From NCBI GenBank assembly GCA_041651155.1, contig JBAZJU010000001.1, positions 167,619 to 231,618 on the forward strand: DNA of 64,000 nucleotides, written 5' to 3'. Within the stretch, counting starts at the first letter, position 1; each line of letters begins with the position of its first letter. Made by a program: the position numbers and the translations under genes. The notes beneath the pieces are model-generated. The model saw nothing but the letters and a program-made list of their open reading frames with translations. It searched no databases and was not told where the DNA came from. Source of the stretch: Patescibacteria group bacterium. GTDB taxonomy: Bacteria > Patescibacteriota > Patescibacteriia > CAIXNZ01. Shown here one piece after another: positions 46,275-55,774 of this stretch.

Positions 46275-47156
46275 ATGGCTAAAAAAAATAAAAAATTTAC
46301 ATTTATAGACCTATTCGCTGGTATAGGCGGTTTTCATTTTGCTTTCCATAATTCAGGAGCAGAATGTGTTTTTGCAAGTGAGTGGGATAAATATGCAAGG
46401 CAAACTTATGAACGTAATTTCGCTAAAATTCAGCCCGAACTTTTTAAATCAGGAAATTTCGCAGGTGATATTACTAAGGTGAAACCAAAAAATATCCCCG
46501 ACTTTGATATAATTTGCGGCGGATTTCCGTGTCAGCCTTTCAGTCAGGCAGGATTCAAAAGAGGTTTTGAAGATAATAGAGGAAGCCTTTTTTTTCATAT
46601 AGCGGAATTAATCAGGAATAAGAAACCCAAGGCATTTTTTCTTGAAAATGTAAGGCATCTTTTTAAACATGATGACGGAAAAACATTTTCTGCAATAAAA
46701 AACGTAATTGAAAAAGATTTGGGTTATTCTTTTTATTATAAAATTGTTAAGGGCACAGATTTTAATGTTCCTCAACACAGGCCGCGTTTGTTTATGGTCG
46801 GTTTTAGAAATAAAAAAATCCCCTTTAATTTTCCTGAGCCGAAGAAACTAACAAAAACAATGTCTGATATCTTCGGTGCGCCATGTGAAAAAAATGTCGG
46901 TTATACTTTAAGAGTAGGCGGTCGGGGATCTGCTATAACCGATAGGCGAAATTGGGATTCTTATAAGGTAAACAGTAAAATTGTAAGATTAGGAGTTAAA
47001 GAAGGTAAAAAAATGATGGGGTTGCCTTACAATTTTGTTTTTCCCGTTTCTGATGCACAAGCAATGAAACAACTGGGAAATGCCGTTGTCGTACCTGCAA
47101 TAAGCGCTGTTGCACAAGAGATTATAAAGACATTAAATAAATATTATGCCGATTAA
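46275..47156 (+). CDS. DNA (cytosine-5)-methyltransferase
   Basis: Motif I FAGIGGF, IV GGFPCQPFSQAG, VI ENVRHL, VIII QHRPRLFMVGF, X LGNAVVVP; a short target-recognition domain implies a short recognition site. Confidence 0.9.
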   Translation: MAKKNKKFTFIDLFAGIGGFHFAFHNSGAECVFASEWDKYARQTYERNFAKIQPELFKSGNFAGDITKVKPKNIPDFDIICGGFPCQPFSQAGFKRGFEDNRGSLFFHIAELIRNKKPKAFFLENVRHLFKHDDGKTFSAIKNVIEKDLGYSFYYKIVKGTDFNVPQHRPRLFMVGFRNKKIPFNFPEPKKLTKTMSDIFGAPCEKNVGYTLRVGGRGSAITDRRNWDSYKVNSKIVRLGVKEGKKMMGLPYNFVFPVSDAQAMKQLGNAVVVPAISAVAQEIIKTLNKYYAD

Positions 47157-48234
47157 AGGTAATAAGGGGGAATGGAGCGAATTTTACGCTTTTATTAAAA
47201 TTTTAGCGGATAAATATTTACACGCCGCCGATGAAGACCTGAACGTTCTTGAGCAGGTCTTTTATCCCGTTTATAAAATAATCAGGGAAGAGGCTGCAGC
47301 AGGTAAAATAGAATTTGATATCAAGGCAGATACAGATAATATAAAAATTACGGACTCTTCTAATAATATTATGTTGGTTCATGTTACTGATCTTGATAAA
47401 AAGGCAAAGAAATTGTTTTCAGTCATAAAAAATTCAGATAAAAGGACATTCTCCATCCCTTTGGGAGCAGAGTTGATGGAAAAATTAAAATGTACTCAGA
47501 TAAAGGCCAATAGCGGAAGAAAATCAGATATAAAATTGTTAATACATGATTTTAGGTATGAACAGGATACAGAAGTAGGATTTAGCATTAAATCTCTGGT
47601 AGGCTCTCCCGCAACTCTTTTAAATGCGTCTGGATCTACTAATTTTGTTTATCGGGTTGAAAATATTTCCGATGTTGATGTTAAAGCAATTAATAATATT
47701 AAAACCAGGTCAAAAATAAAAGATCGATTGCAGGCAATTATTACGCGACATGGAAAGTTGTCTTTCACATCTTTAACATCTGATATTTTTGAACATAATT
47801 TAAGAAATATTGATACGATTTTACCTGAAATTTTATCCAATTTATTGTTGGCAAATTTTATGGGTCACGGTTCCTTACTTACTGAGTTAACTGAATATTT
47901 AGGAGCCAACGTTAATGAGTTAAGGGGATTTAGTCTTGATGAGACGGGATATAAAATTAAGTTAAAAAATTTTTTACATAATATAGCCTTGGGAATGATG
48001 CCTAATACTGAATGGGACGGATTATTGCAGGTTCATGGAGGTTATATAATAGTTAAAGAAAACGGTGAAATCGTATGTTATCATATTTTTAACCAGGATG
48101 AATTTCAGAATTATTTATTTAAAAATACGAGGCTGGATACGCCAAGTACTACCAGGCACGGATTTGGTGAAATATACAAAGAAGGAGAAAATTATTTTAT
48201 TAAACTTAATCTGCAGATTAGGTTTAATCACTAG
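47146..48234 (+). CDS. putative type II restriction endonuclease; HpaII-like is my from-memory guess at the family
   Basis: 11-nt overlap with the methyltransferase stop, followed by vsr; the N-terminus NKGEWSEFYAF resembles the HpaII REase family as I recall it. Confidence 0.5.
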   Translation: MPIKGNKGEWSEFYAFIKILADKYLHAADEDLNVLEQVFYPVYKIIREEAAAGKIEFDIKADTDNIKITDSSNNIMLVHVTDLDKKAKKLFSVIKNSDKRTFSIPLGAELMEKLKCTQIKANSGRKSDIKLLIHDFRYEQDTEVGFSIKSLVGSPATLLNASGSTNFVYRVENISDVDVKAINNIKTRSKIKDRLQAIITRHGKLSFTSLTSDIFEHNLRNIDTILPEILSNLLLANFMGHGSLLTELTEYLGANVNELRGFSLDETGYKIKLKNFLHNIALGMMPNTEWDGLLQVHGGYIIVKENGEIVCYHIFNQDEFQNYLFKNTRLDTPSTTRHGFGEIYKEGENYFIKLNLQIRFNH

Positions 48235-48237
48235 TTT

Positions 48238-48651
48238 ATGACTGATCGTATTACAAAAGAACAAAGATCCAGGAATATGTCCGCAGTTAAAGCCAAGGGA
48301 AACAAAACAACTGAAATTAAAGTAGTTAAATATTTTAAAAATAAAGGGATAACGGGCTGGAGAAGACATAATAAGAAAATATTCGGTAATCCGGACTTTG
48401 TCTTTTTAAAGGACAAAGTCGTTATATTTATTGACGGATGTTTTTGGCATGGTTGTCCTTACCATTATCATGTCCCGAAAACAAACAAAAAATTCTGGAA
48501 TGCAAAAATAAAGGCTAATAAAAAAAGGGGTAAAATCGTGAACAGCGTTTTAAGAAAAAACAATTGGACGGTTGTGAGAGTCTGGGAACATCAGCTAAAA
48601 AAAGATCAGCCATTTTATCTTGAGAAAATAAGAAAACTTTTACTAAAATAA
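48238..48651 (+). CDS. vsr: very-short-patch-repair endonuclease Vsr
   Basis: TKEQRSRNMSAVKAKGNKTTE..FVFLKDKVVIFIDGCFWHGCP. Confidence 0.85.
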   Translation: MTDRITKEQRSRNMSAVKAKGNKTTEIKVVKYFKNKGITGWRRHNKKIFGNPDFVFLKDKVVIFIDGCFWHGCPYHYHVPKTNKKFWNAKIKANKKRGKIVNSVLRKNNWTVVRVWEHQLKKDQPFYLEKIRKLLLK

Positions 48652-48711
48652 GTTGTATAAATTGGGATGAGGGATTAAATTAGTTGAGGATAAATAAAAT
48701 AATGGTTATTA

Positions 48712-48742
48712 AGCGCCCCGCTCAGCATTACGGGGCATTTTT
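48712..48742. terminator. intrinsic terminator after vsr
   Basis: gccccg ctcagcatta cggggc followed by attttt. Confidence 0.65.
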
Positions 48743-48756
48743 AGATTAAAAATTGA

Positions 48757-48933
48757 TTAAATTTTTGCTTGACTTGGGAGCATGTAAAGAATAAAATTGA
48801 AGTAATGTTATTAAACAAAACTCCTGAATCCCGCGAGAAAAACAAGACCAGGATTGAGGCAGTGGATTATGAGATTGATAAGATGGTAAGTAAACTATAT
48901 GGTTTGAGTGAGAAAGATATGAAGATTATCTAG
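48757..48933 (+). pseudogene. C-terminal remnant of an N6-adenine methyltransferase with TaqI_C-type tail (type IIG / PglX / Eco57I-like)
   Basis: ..REKNKTRIEAVDYEIDKMVSKLYGLSEKDMKII* matches the conserved C-terminal pattern IDxLVYxLYGLTEEEIxIIE; no upstream catalytic domain is present. Confidence 0.45.
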
Positions 48934-48944
48934 GGAAAATTTTT

Positions 48945-51209
48945 ATGAAAATAAACTTAAATCAGAAGCAAAGAATAATTGTGGCAATTATATATCTAGC
49001 CATACTGTCTTTAATTTTTTATCTACTTGGTGGAAACTTAAAGCAATTAGCTTGGGACAGTAGTTATGACTCTAGTATTTGGTTTTATGCTGGAGCGTTT
49101 ATGATAATACTTGGGACTTATATCGTTGAACCATATTTCACTAAGCCTTCCGACGCAATAGCTAATTCAACGGCTATTCTTATAGCATTGTTTGGGCTAT
49201 CTGCAAAGCAAGATCTATTGGGATATTCTTTTATATTTTACTATGCTGTTAGCATCTTGATTCTGAGCATATTAACCATTTTCCTAAAAGACTCAAAGAA
49301 TATATTCTGGTTAAAATTTTCAAAGGTGACTTATTGGATTGTTGAAACATTCGGAACCTCAAAAGTAATTTTTTCTATTATATATTTATCTGCAAGTTAT
49401 TCATATTTCGCACAACAAAATAAAATAATCCCATTCATTAGTATCGTAGCTTTTTGGATTTGCTTAACTTTTTTTGATGTTATCAGTTTAATTGTTGAAA
49501 ACTTTTCAAGATTTATCAATTTAATTAAAAACAAACCTGGGGAGGAATTAGGCCAGGCTATTGGCTGTGAAAATCCGCTTCTTTATAAGGTGGAAATAGA
49601 TTATTTAAAGCATAAACCATGTGCGATAAAATATGGCGATTTAGTTGCCTTGGAAACATCTATCAATGTTGGCTCAATAGGTATGGTTGTAGATATACAG
49701 TATCTCTTAAACAAAAGATGGTTAAGTATATATCTTTTGCAAGACGAAAATGGCGACATTCTAGAAATAAATTTAAAAGATAAGAAATTGATAACGGAGC
49801 CAAAATCAATTTTTACAAAAGAAAATCTCGTATATCTTTTAGACATCTCTACAATTACAGATGAATCTCTGAAAACAAAAATTGGAAGTAACCCTCTATA
49901 CAAAAATAAAGAGCAATTTATTGGGTATGTTTCCAGCGGTTCAAACATAAATACACTAAATTTTTCAATTATCAGAGAAACAAACAAGCTCGAGCAGAAA
50001 ATTAGTGAAGGGGTGATTCTAAAAACTTTAATTTACGGACAAGAAACGCTTTATCAAGTTATAAATGGCAATGCAAAGGAAGAACAGCTTGAGAATTTTG
50101 ATCGACATGGTTTCATAATCGGCATCGCTAGAAAATTAGGCAAATACAAAAAAGACACTAAGGATTTAGATGTAAGTAAATGGATGCCTTCGAATTTCTC
50201 CCCACTTTTCTATGCATTTTCTGGTAGTGTTTCGGAAACGAGAGTAAAAGAAATTGCACAGAATTCTATTGGTCGTCTTCCTGATACGGATTTAGAAATT
50301 CCACTTAAAGATCCAAATGCTATTGTTACTCACAATACTGCGATTTTAGGAATTTTAGGAATAGGTAAGTCCTGCCTCACCTTTGAGATTATTAAGAAAA
50401 TAATTGCAAATACAGAAAGTAAGGTTATTTGTCTTGATATAACAAACGAATATTTTGATGAGCTTGTTGCTTATGGATGTGAACCCCAGATACTACCTGA
50501 CGTAGAGATCCAACTGGTATTAAATCCTAATTATGAAGCAATAAATAAAGACATTTACAAAGGCGGTAATCATGCCCAGTTTAGACAAAAAATAACTGAG
50601 TTGATTAAAACATTTTTTGACGGAGCAAATAAGCTATTGATTATAAATCCTGAGGTCTACGATGTTAGTAAGCAAACAAATGATGTAAAAGCAAAAAAAA
50701 TTGGTCCTGGCCCAAATGACTGGCAGGATCAAGCACCAATGGTAGATCTTACTTTGGTTGAGAAAACCAGAATTATAGCAGAAGTAATTTTAGAATATTC
50801 AAAAGGGAGGGGAAAATCCCAAAGTGCTAGATGTCTTTTAGTTTTTGAGGAAGCTCATTCCCTTGTTCCTGAATGGAACTCAGTCGCAAGCGAAGGTGAT
50901 AAAAGTGCTACAAATGGAACAGCTAAAGTTATATTGCAAGGTAGAAAATATGGCTTGGGAAGCATGGTTGTCACTCAAAGAACTGCGAATGTAAGTAAAA
51001 GCATCCTCAACCAATGCAACACAATTTTTGCTTTACGAGTTTTCGATGACACAGGAAAGGGATTTTTGGAAAATTATATTGGCAAGGATTATGCCGATAC
51101 TCTGGCAACTCTTGAGGAGAGACACGCTATTGCTATTGGCAAAGGGTTAAAATTAAAACAACCCGTTATAATCCAATTAAATAATAGAGAGGATATTATA
51201 GAGAATTAG
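48945..51209 (+). CDS. multi-TM membrane-anchored HerA/FtsK-like P-loop ATPase (DUF87-type)
   Basis: ~190-aa N-terminal region with 5-6 hydrophobic helices; Walker A AILGILGIGKS; Walker B / HerA-type LLVFEEAHSLVP; VVTQRTANVS. Confidence 0.6.
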   Translation: MKINLNQKQRIIVAIIYLAILSLIFYLLGGNLKQLAWDSSYDSSIWFYAGAFMIILGTYIVEPYFTKPSDAIANSTAILIALFGLSAKQDLLGYSFIFYYAVSILILSILTIFLKDSKNIFWLKFSKVTYWIVETFGTSKVIFSIIYLSASYSYFAQQNKIIPFISIVAFWICLTFFDVISLIVENFSRFINLIKNKPGEELGQAIGCENPLLYKVEIDYLKHKPCAIKYGDLVALETSINVGSIGMVVDIQYLLNKRWLSIYLLQDENGDILEINLKDKKLITEPKSIFTKENLVYLLDISTITDESLKTKIGSNPLYKNKEQFIGYVSSGSNINTLNFSIIRETNKLEQKISEGVILKTLIYGQETLYQVINGNAKEEQLENFDRHGFIIGIARKLGKYKKDTKDLDVSKWMPSNFSPLFYAFSGSVSETRVKEIAQNSIGRLPDTDLEIPLKDPNAIVTHNTAILGILGIGKSCLTFEIIKKIIANTESKVICLDITNEYFDELVAYGCEPQILPDVEIQLVLNPNYEAINKDIYKGGNHAQFRQKITELIKTFFDGANKLLIINPEVYDVSKQTNDVKAKKIGPGPNDWQDQAPMVDLTLVEKTRIIAEVILEYSKGRGKSQSARCLLVFEEAHSLVPEWNSVASEGDKSATNGTAKVILQGRKYGLGSMVVTQRTANVSKSILNQCNTIFALRVFDDTGKGFLENYIGKDYADTLATLEERHAIAIGKGLKLKQPVIIQLNNREDIIEN

Positions 51210-51253
51210 TATCTTTTGAAAGCAAGGTTAGATACATAAGAAATTCTTTTATT

Positions 51254-52642
51254 ATGAAACAAAAAGATGCTCTAGAAATTTTAAAGATGGGGTATAATGT
51301 TTACTTAACCGGAGCGGCCGGCAGCGGCAAAACTTATTTATTAAATAAGTACATTGAATATTTAAGGGGAAATAATATTCCCGTGGCCGTTACGGCTTCT
51401 ACTGGTATTGCAGCTACTCATATGAATGGACGTACTGTTCATTCGTGGTGTGGTATGGGTATAAACATGAAAATGAATAAGAGCCAGATTAGCGAATTAG
51501 CTGATAAAGACTATATCTATAGTAATATTACCAATACCAAGGTATTGATTATTGATGAAATTTCAATGCTTCATGCATCACAACTGGACTTGGTTAACAA
51601 TATCTGTAAAAATTTAAGAGATAATGATATTCCATTCGGCGGTATGCAGGTTATACTATGCGGTGATTTTTTTCAGTTACCTCCAGTTAGCAAGGGGAAT
51701 GATCTTGGAAAATTTATTACAGAATCAGATATCTGGAGTGAAATGGACTTAAAAGTTTGTTATTTATCTGAACAATACCGGCAAGATGACCATCAATTTA
51801 TTAAAATTTTAAAAAATGTAAGAGCCAATCAGGTCGATCAAGAAGCCTTAAAATTACTTAAAAGTAGAATAAACGCTGAAATCAAAACTGATTTACAAAT
51901 AACAAAATTATATTCGCACAATATCGATGTAGATCGAATTAATGATATGGAGCTGAATAAGATTTCCCAGGAACCGAAAGAATTTGAGATGCATAGTGAA
52001 GGCAAGAATCAGAAAATAATTGAAACCCTGAAGGGCTCCTGCCTGGCTCCAGAAAAATTAATATTGAAAAAAGGGGCTATGGTCATGTTTGTAAGGAATA
52101 ATTTTTCCAATGGTTATGTAAATGGAACCTTAGGTAAAGTAATTAACTTTGACGATGATACCGGCTGTCCTATCATTAAAACTTTTAAGGGCGATAGGAT
52201 TATTGCTTATCCCGAAACATGGAAAATTGAAGAAAATTATAATGTACTCGCCCAAATAAGCCAAATACCTCTTCGATTGGCATGGGCAATAACAATTCAC
52301 AAAAGTCAAGGTATGAGTTTGGATGTAGCTGAAATTGATTTAAGCAAATCTTTCGCTTACGGCATGGGATATGTTGCATTATCTAGAGTAAAATCTTTAT
52401 CAGGAATAATCCTTAAAGGTTTGAATGATATGGCTTTGAAAATTGATGAAAATATTTTAAGAATTGATAAAGATTTGATGGAAATGTCCCAAAATTTTTT
52501 AAAAGAATATCTATGTATGTCAAAGAAAGGTATTAAACAGATTCAGGATAATTTTATTAAAGAAAATGCCGAGATACCAGGGGATTGTGAAAATGAATAT
52601 TGTGATTGTGACGAAGTAAAGTTAGAAGATATCCCTTTTTAA
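51254..52642 (+). CDS. Pif1/RecD-family SF1B helicase
   Basis: Walker A LTGAAGSGKT; VTASTGIAATHMNGRTVHSW; LIIDEISML; ILCGDFFQLPPV; C-terminal ITIHKSQGMSLD. Confidence 0.75.
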   Translation: MKQKDALEILKMGYNVYLTGAAGSGKTYLLNKYIEYLRGNNIPVAVTASTGIAATHMNGRTVHSWCGMGINMKMNKSQISELADKDYIYSNITNTKVLIIDEISMLHASQLDLVNNICKNLRDNDIPFGGMQVILCGDFFQLPPVSKGNDLGKFITESDIWSEMDLKVCYLSEQYRQDDHQFIKILKNVRANQVDQEALKLLKSRINAEIKTDLQITKLYSHNIDVDRINDMELNKISQEPKEFEMHSEGKNQKIIETLKGSCLAPEKLILKKGAMVMFVRNNFSNGYVNGTLGKVINFDDDTGCPIIKTFKGDRIIAYPETWKIEENYNVLAQISQIPLRLAWAITIHKSQGMSLDVAEIDLSKSFAYGMGYVALSRVKSLSGIILKGLNDMALKIDENILRIDKDLMEMSQNFLKEYLCMSKKGIKQIQDNFIKENAEIPGDCENEYCDCDEVKLEDIPF

Positions 52643-52954
52643 AATATTTATCCTTACCAAATCCGATTTTTTAAAATACGCCTGATGTTACTGCTATTTG
52701 CACCCTATCAGTATTTAGACTTAAAATCTGACCGAATTTACACACAAATATTTAGTTTAGAAAAAATCGTCCCGTGCGCGGGGCGTTTTTTATTCTTGAC
52801 AAAATTAAATATCTATGAGAAGATTTCAATCAACAGCGTCTTAGCTTAAGTTGGCGGACAGCATCACCATTTTATGGCATTAAAAATTATAGAATGCCTT
52901 AATTACAATGGAGATGCATCCCCAACACAAAGCGTTTCTAGGCCGCTTTTTTAT

Positions 52955-52986
52955 TTGACAAATTTAACATTTTTGTTAAGCTGTGA
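52955..52986 (+). promoter_or_regulatory. promoter-like motif TTGACA-N10-TTTTTGTTAAGCTG (same string as 22474-22505)
   Basis: Read directly; followed by Shine-Dalgarno aaggaggttta and an ATG at 53011. Confidence 0.4.
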
Positions 52987-53010
52987 GTAATTTAAAGAAG
53001 GAGGTTTAAA

Positions 53011-53490
53011 ATGGACGTTAAGGAAATACCATGGAAGATCTTTGAAAAAATTTCCAGTAATTGCGGCATGGCAGCCCCAGCCTGGTCTTACAAAGGCAAG
53101 GACTACCAAGTGAGCCAGCTTCTTGATCCTGAAAAAAAGAAAGTGATTGGCTTTATGTGCTATCGCCAGGATAAAGAAGAGTGCTTTACCATCCTCTATT
53201 TCTGGTGGAAACTACCGGGAAAGGATGATACTAGCACAGAGCCAGCCCTGTTCATTAAAGCCGGGCCAGTTGATATCGGTGTTTGGGCCTTTGGGAAGGG
53301 CCGTCAAATGCAAGAAAGATTGGTTTTACACTTTCCTCATCGCGAAATTCCCGGAAGTTTGGCTTTAAACAGGCCCCTGGGCTTTGCCATAAGTTATGGC
53401 GCGGAATTGATCCAAGTGCACGACTGCAGAGGCGTGGAATTTTGGGAAAAAGACAGGTTTCCCGAAGGCATCTTCGTGACCCCGCCATAA
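53011..53490 (+). CDS. hypothetical protein
   Basis: Strong Shine-Dalgarno; no motif recognised. Confidence 0.4.
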   Translation: MDVKEIPWKIFEKISSNCGMAAPAWSYKGKDYQVSQLLDPEKKKVIGFMCYRQDKEECFTILYFWWKLPGKDDTSTEPALFIKAGPVDIGVWAFGKGRQMQERLVLHFPHREIPGSLALNRPLGFAISYGAELIQVHDCRGVEFWEKDRFPEGIFVTPP

Positions 53491-53507
53491 GCAGGTTATT
53501 TTGATTT

Positions 53508-53534
53508 AAGGCCCACTCAAAGGGCCTTTTTTAT
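53508..53534. terminator. intrinsic terminator
   Basis: ggccc actcaaa gggcc followed by ttttttatttg. Confidence 0.6.
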
Positions 53535-53585
53535 TTGTAAAACCACCAGCTAAATGTTAAAATAATAACAAATAAATATAACAAT

Positions 53586-54062
53586 ATGAAGGAAAAACAA
53601 TTAGAAAAAGCAGATTTTGCCGCAGGTTGCTTTTGGGGAGTACAGGCTGATTTTGATAAACTAAAGGGCGTAAAAGAAACAACCGTTGGTTATGAAGGCG
53701 GAGATTTTAAAAACCCGACCTATGAAGATGTTTCTTCAGGCAAAACAGGCCAGGCTGAAACAATTCAGATTAAATATGATCCCACAGAAATATCATATCA
53801 GGATCTGCTTAATGCTTTTTGGAAAATGCATAATCCCACGACTTTAAACCGCCAGGGCCTAAATGTGGGCACAAATTACAGGTCAGTGATTTTTTATCAT
53901 AATGAAGAACAAAAAATATTGGCAACTAAAGCTATTGCAGATTTGGAACACGCTGGCACATATAAAAAAATTGTAACTGAAGTTGTCCCAGCCAAAGAAT
54001 TTTGGCCAGCTGAAGAATATCACCAGAAATATTATTTAAAACATAAACATCTGGTTTGTTAA
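53586..54062 (+). CDS. msrA: peptide methionine sulfoxide reductase A
   Basis: GCFWGVQADFDKLKGV active-site motif. Confidence 0.9.
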   Translation: MKEKQLEKADFAAGCFWGVQADFDKLKGVKETTVGYEGGDFKNPTYEDVSSGKTGQAETIQIKYDPTEISYQDLLNAFWKMHNPTTLNRQGLNVGTNYRSVIFYHNEEQKILATKAIADLEHAGTYKKIVTEVVPAKEFWPAEEYHQKYYLKHKHLVC

Positions 54063-54066
54063 AAAT

Positions 54067-54585
54067 ATGGTAATTAAAACAAAACAATTTACAATTAGGC
54101 CGTTTAAAATGTCTGATGCTAAAGATATTGTCAAAAATATTAATAATAAAAAAGTGTCGCAATATCTTTCAACAGTGCCATATCCTTATGGGATTAAAGA
54201 TGCAAAAACATATTTAAATAAAGTAATTACTCAATATAAAGTAAAGGAGCCTGCTACTTATGCTTGCGGGATTGAAATAAATGGTGAGATTTGCGGAAGC
54301 ATAGGCTTGCATCGCATTAAAATCGGTCATAAAGCAGAGCTGGGTTATTGGCTGGCAGAAAAACACTGGGGCAAAGGCATTATGAGCAAAGCCGTGAGCT
54401 TATTTGTTGCCCAGGGTTTTAAAAAGTTTAAGCTGATCAGGATTTATGCCTATGTCTTTGCCCAAAATAAAGGTTCAAAAATCGTCCTGGAAAATAATGG
54501 ATTTAAGTTAGAAGGCTATTTAAAGAAACACGTTAAAAGCAATAATAAAATTTACGATGCTTATCTATTTGCTAAAGTAAAATAA
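54067..54585 (+). CDS. GNAT N-acetyltransferase (RimJ/RimL-like)
   Basis: FTIRPFKMSDAKD.. acetyl-CoA-binding fold pattern. Confidence 0.75.
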   Translation: MVIKTKQFTIRPFKMSDAKDIVKNINNKKVSQYLSTVPYPYGIKDAKTYLNKVITQYKVKEPATYACGIEINGEICGSIGLHRIKIGHKAELGYWLAEKHWGKGIMSKAVSLFVAQGFKKFKLIRIYAYVFAQNKGSKIVLENNGFKLEGYLKKHVKSNNKIYDAYLFAKVK

Positions 54586-54586
54586 T

Positions 54587-54880
54587 ATGCCGTATAAATT
54601 TGAATTAAAGCCAGTTGGAAAAATTGAGAAAGCAAGCGTGGCAGATGAAGACGTGCTTGCTTGGATTAAGACACTACAAAAGGAAGGTTTTTCTAATGAA
54701 GAAATTGACGCCCTGATGTCTAAGATGAATAAACTCTACCGCCAAAAACGTCGGCCAAATTTTATTGCTGAAGAATTGGAAAAGTTTAAGGCTGAGTATA
54801 GAAAAAAGAATGGGTTTGAAATGCCCCAAGAAATGGAAGATTATTTTATAAAAGGTTTGCAGCAAAGATTTGAAAAATAA
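54587..54880 (+). CDS. hypothetical protein
   Basis: ORF only. Confidence 0.3.
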   Translation: MPYKFELKPVGKIEKASVADEDVLAWIKTLQKEGFSNEEIDALMSKMNKLYRQKRRPNFIAEELEKFKAEYRKKNGFEMPQEMEDYFIKGLQQRFEK

Positions 54881-54912
54881 AAATTAATTAATCTTAATTT
54901 AAGTAAAATAAT

Positions 54913-55395
54913 ATGGCCAAAATTAATTGGTTTAGATTAATTTTTTCATTTCTAATCTGCCAGGCGGCTGGGGGGATTGGCGCGATTTTTACCATGCCGG
55001 GCATCAGTACCTGGTATGCGACTTTGCAAAAGCCGGCCTTTAATCCGCCTAATTGGATTTTCGGGCCTGTCTGGACAATGCTTTTTGTTTTAATGGGCAT
55101 TGCCTTATATTTAGTTTGGAATAAGAGCAAGGAAAAAGAGGGGAAAAATAAGGCGATCATATTTTTTTGTATTCAGCTGGTTTTGAATATTGGCTGGTCT
55201 TTTTGTTTTTTCTATTTGCAAAGTCCCTTAGCAGGCTTAATTGAAATTTTTGTACTGTGGATTTTTATTTTACTGACCATTGTTTATTTTTATAAAATTT
55301 CCAAAATTGCATCATATTTATTAATCCCATATATTCTGTGGGTTTCTTTTGCAGTAGTTTTGAATTATTTTCTTTTTATTTTAAACAAGATTTAA
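54913..55395 (+). CDS. tspO: TspO/MBR tryptophan-rich sensory protein
   Basis: PPNWIFGPVWTMLFVLMG; 5 TM helices. Confidence 0.8.
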   Translation: MAKINWFRLIFSFLICQAAGGIGAIFTMPGISTWYATLQKPAFNPPNWIFGPVWTMLFVLMGIALYLVWNKSKEKEGKNKAIIFFCIQLVLNIGWSFCFFYLQSPLAGLIEIFVLWIFILLTIVYFYKISKIASYLLIPYILWVSFAVVLNYFLFILNKI

Positions 55396-55452
55396 AATAT
55401 CTTGCCAAATGATTTTTGTTATGATATAAAACAGTACAAGGAGGTGCTGCCA

Positions 55453-55665
55453 ATGAGGTATCTGCTTCAGATTTTTGTGATGTTAGCAGAGGTCGGAATT
55501 ATAGTAGTAGCTGGCTTTATGATATATGAAAATCCCAGAGAACCCCTAACCTGGGCATTGGTAATTTTGGGTTATATGGCCTGGGAAGATGTGGGCGGTT
55601 TTATGGCCTGGAATCCCCAAACCATTAAGGAATTCCTAGCCAATGCTAAAAAAGCCGGCTTATAA
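55453..55665 (+). CDS. small membrane protein
   Basis: Shine-Dalgarno aaggagg precedes the ATG at 55453. Confidence 0.35.
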   Translation: MRYLLQIFVMLAEVGIIVVAGFMIYENPREPLTWALVILGYMAWEDVGGFMAWNPQTIKEFLANAKKAGL

Positions 55666-55686
55666 CCACAGCAAAATTTCCCGCAA

Positions 55687-55718
55687 AACTGCGTCATTCG
55701 TGACGCAGCTTTTTTTAT
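55687..55718. terminator. intrinsic terminator
   Basis: ctgcgtca ttcg tgacgcag followed by ctttttttattt. Confidence 0.7.
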
Positions 55719-55774
55719 TTGCCATTTGGCTAAAGTTTGCAAAAATGATAAAATATAAGCAATAAACCAAATTT

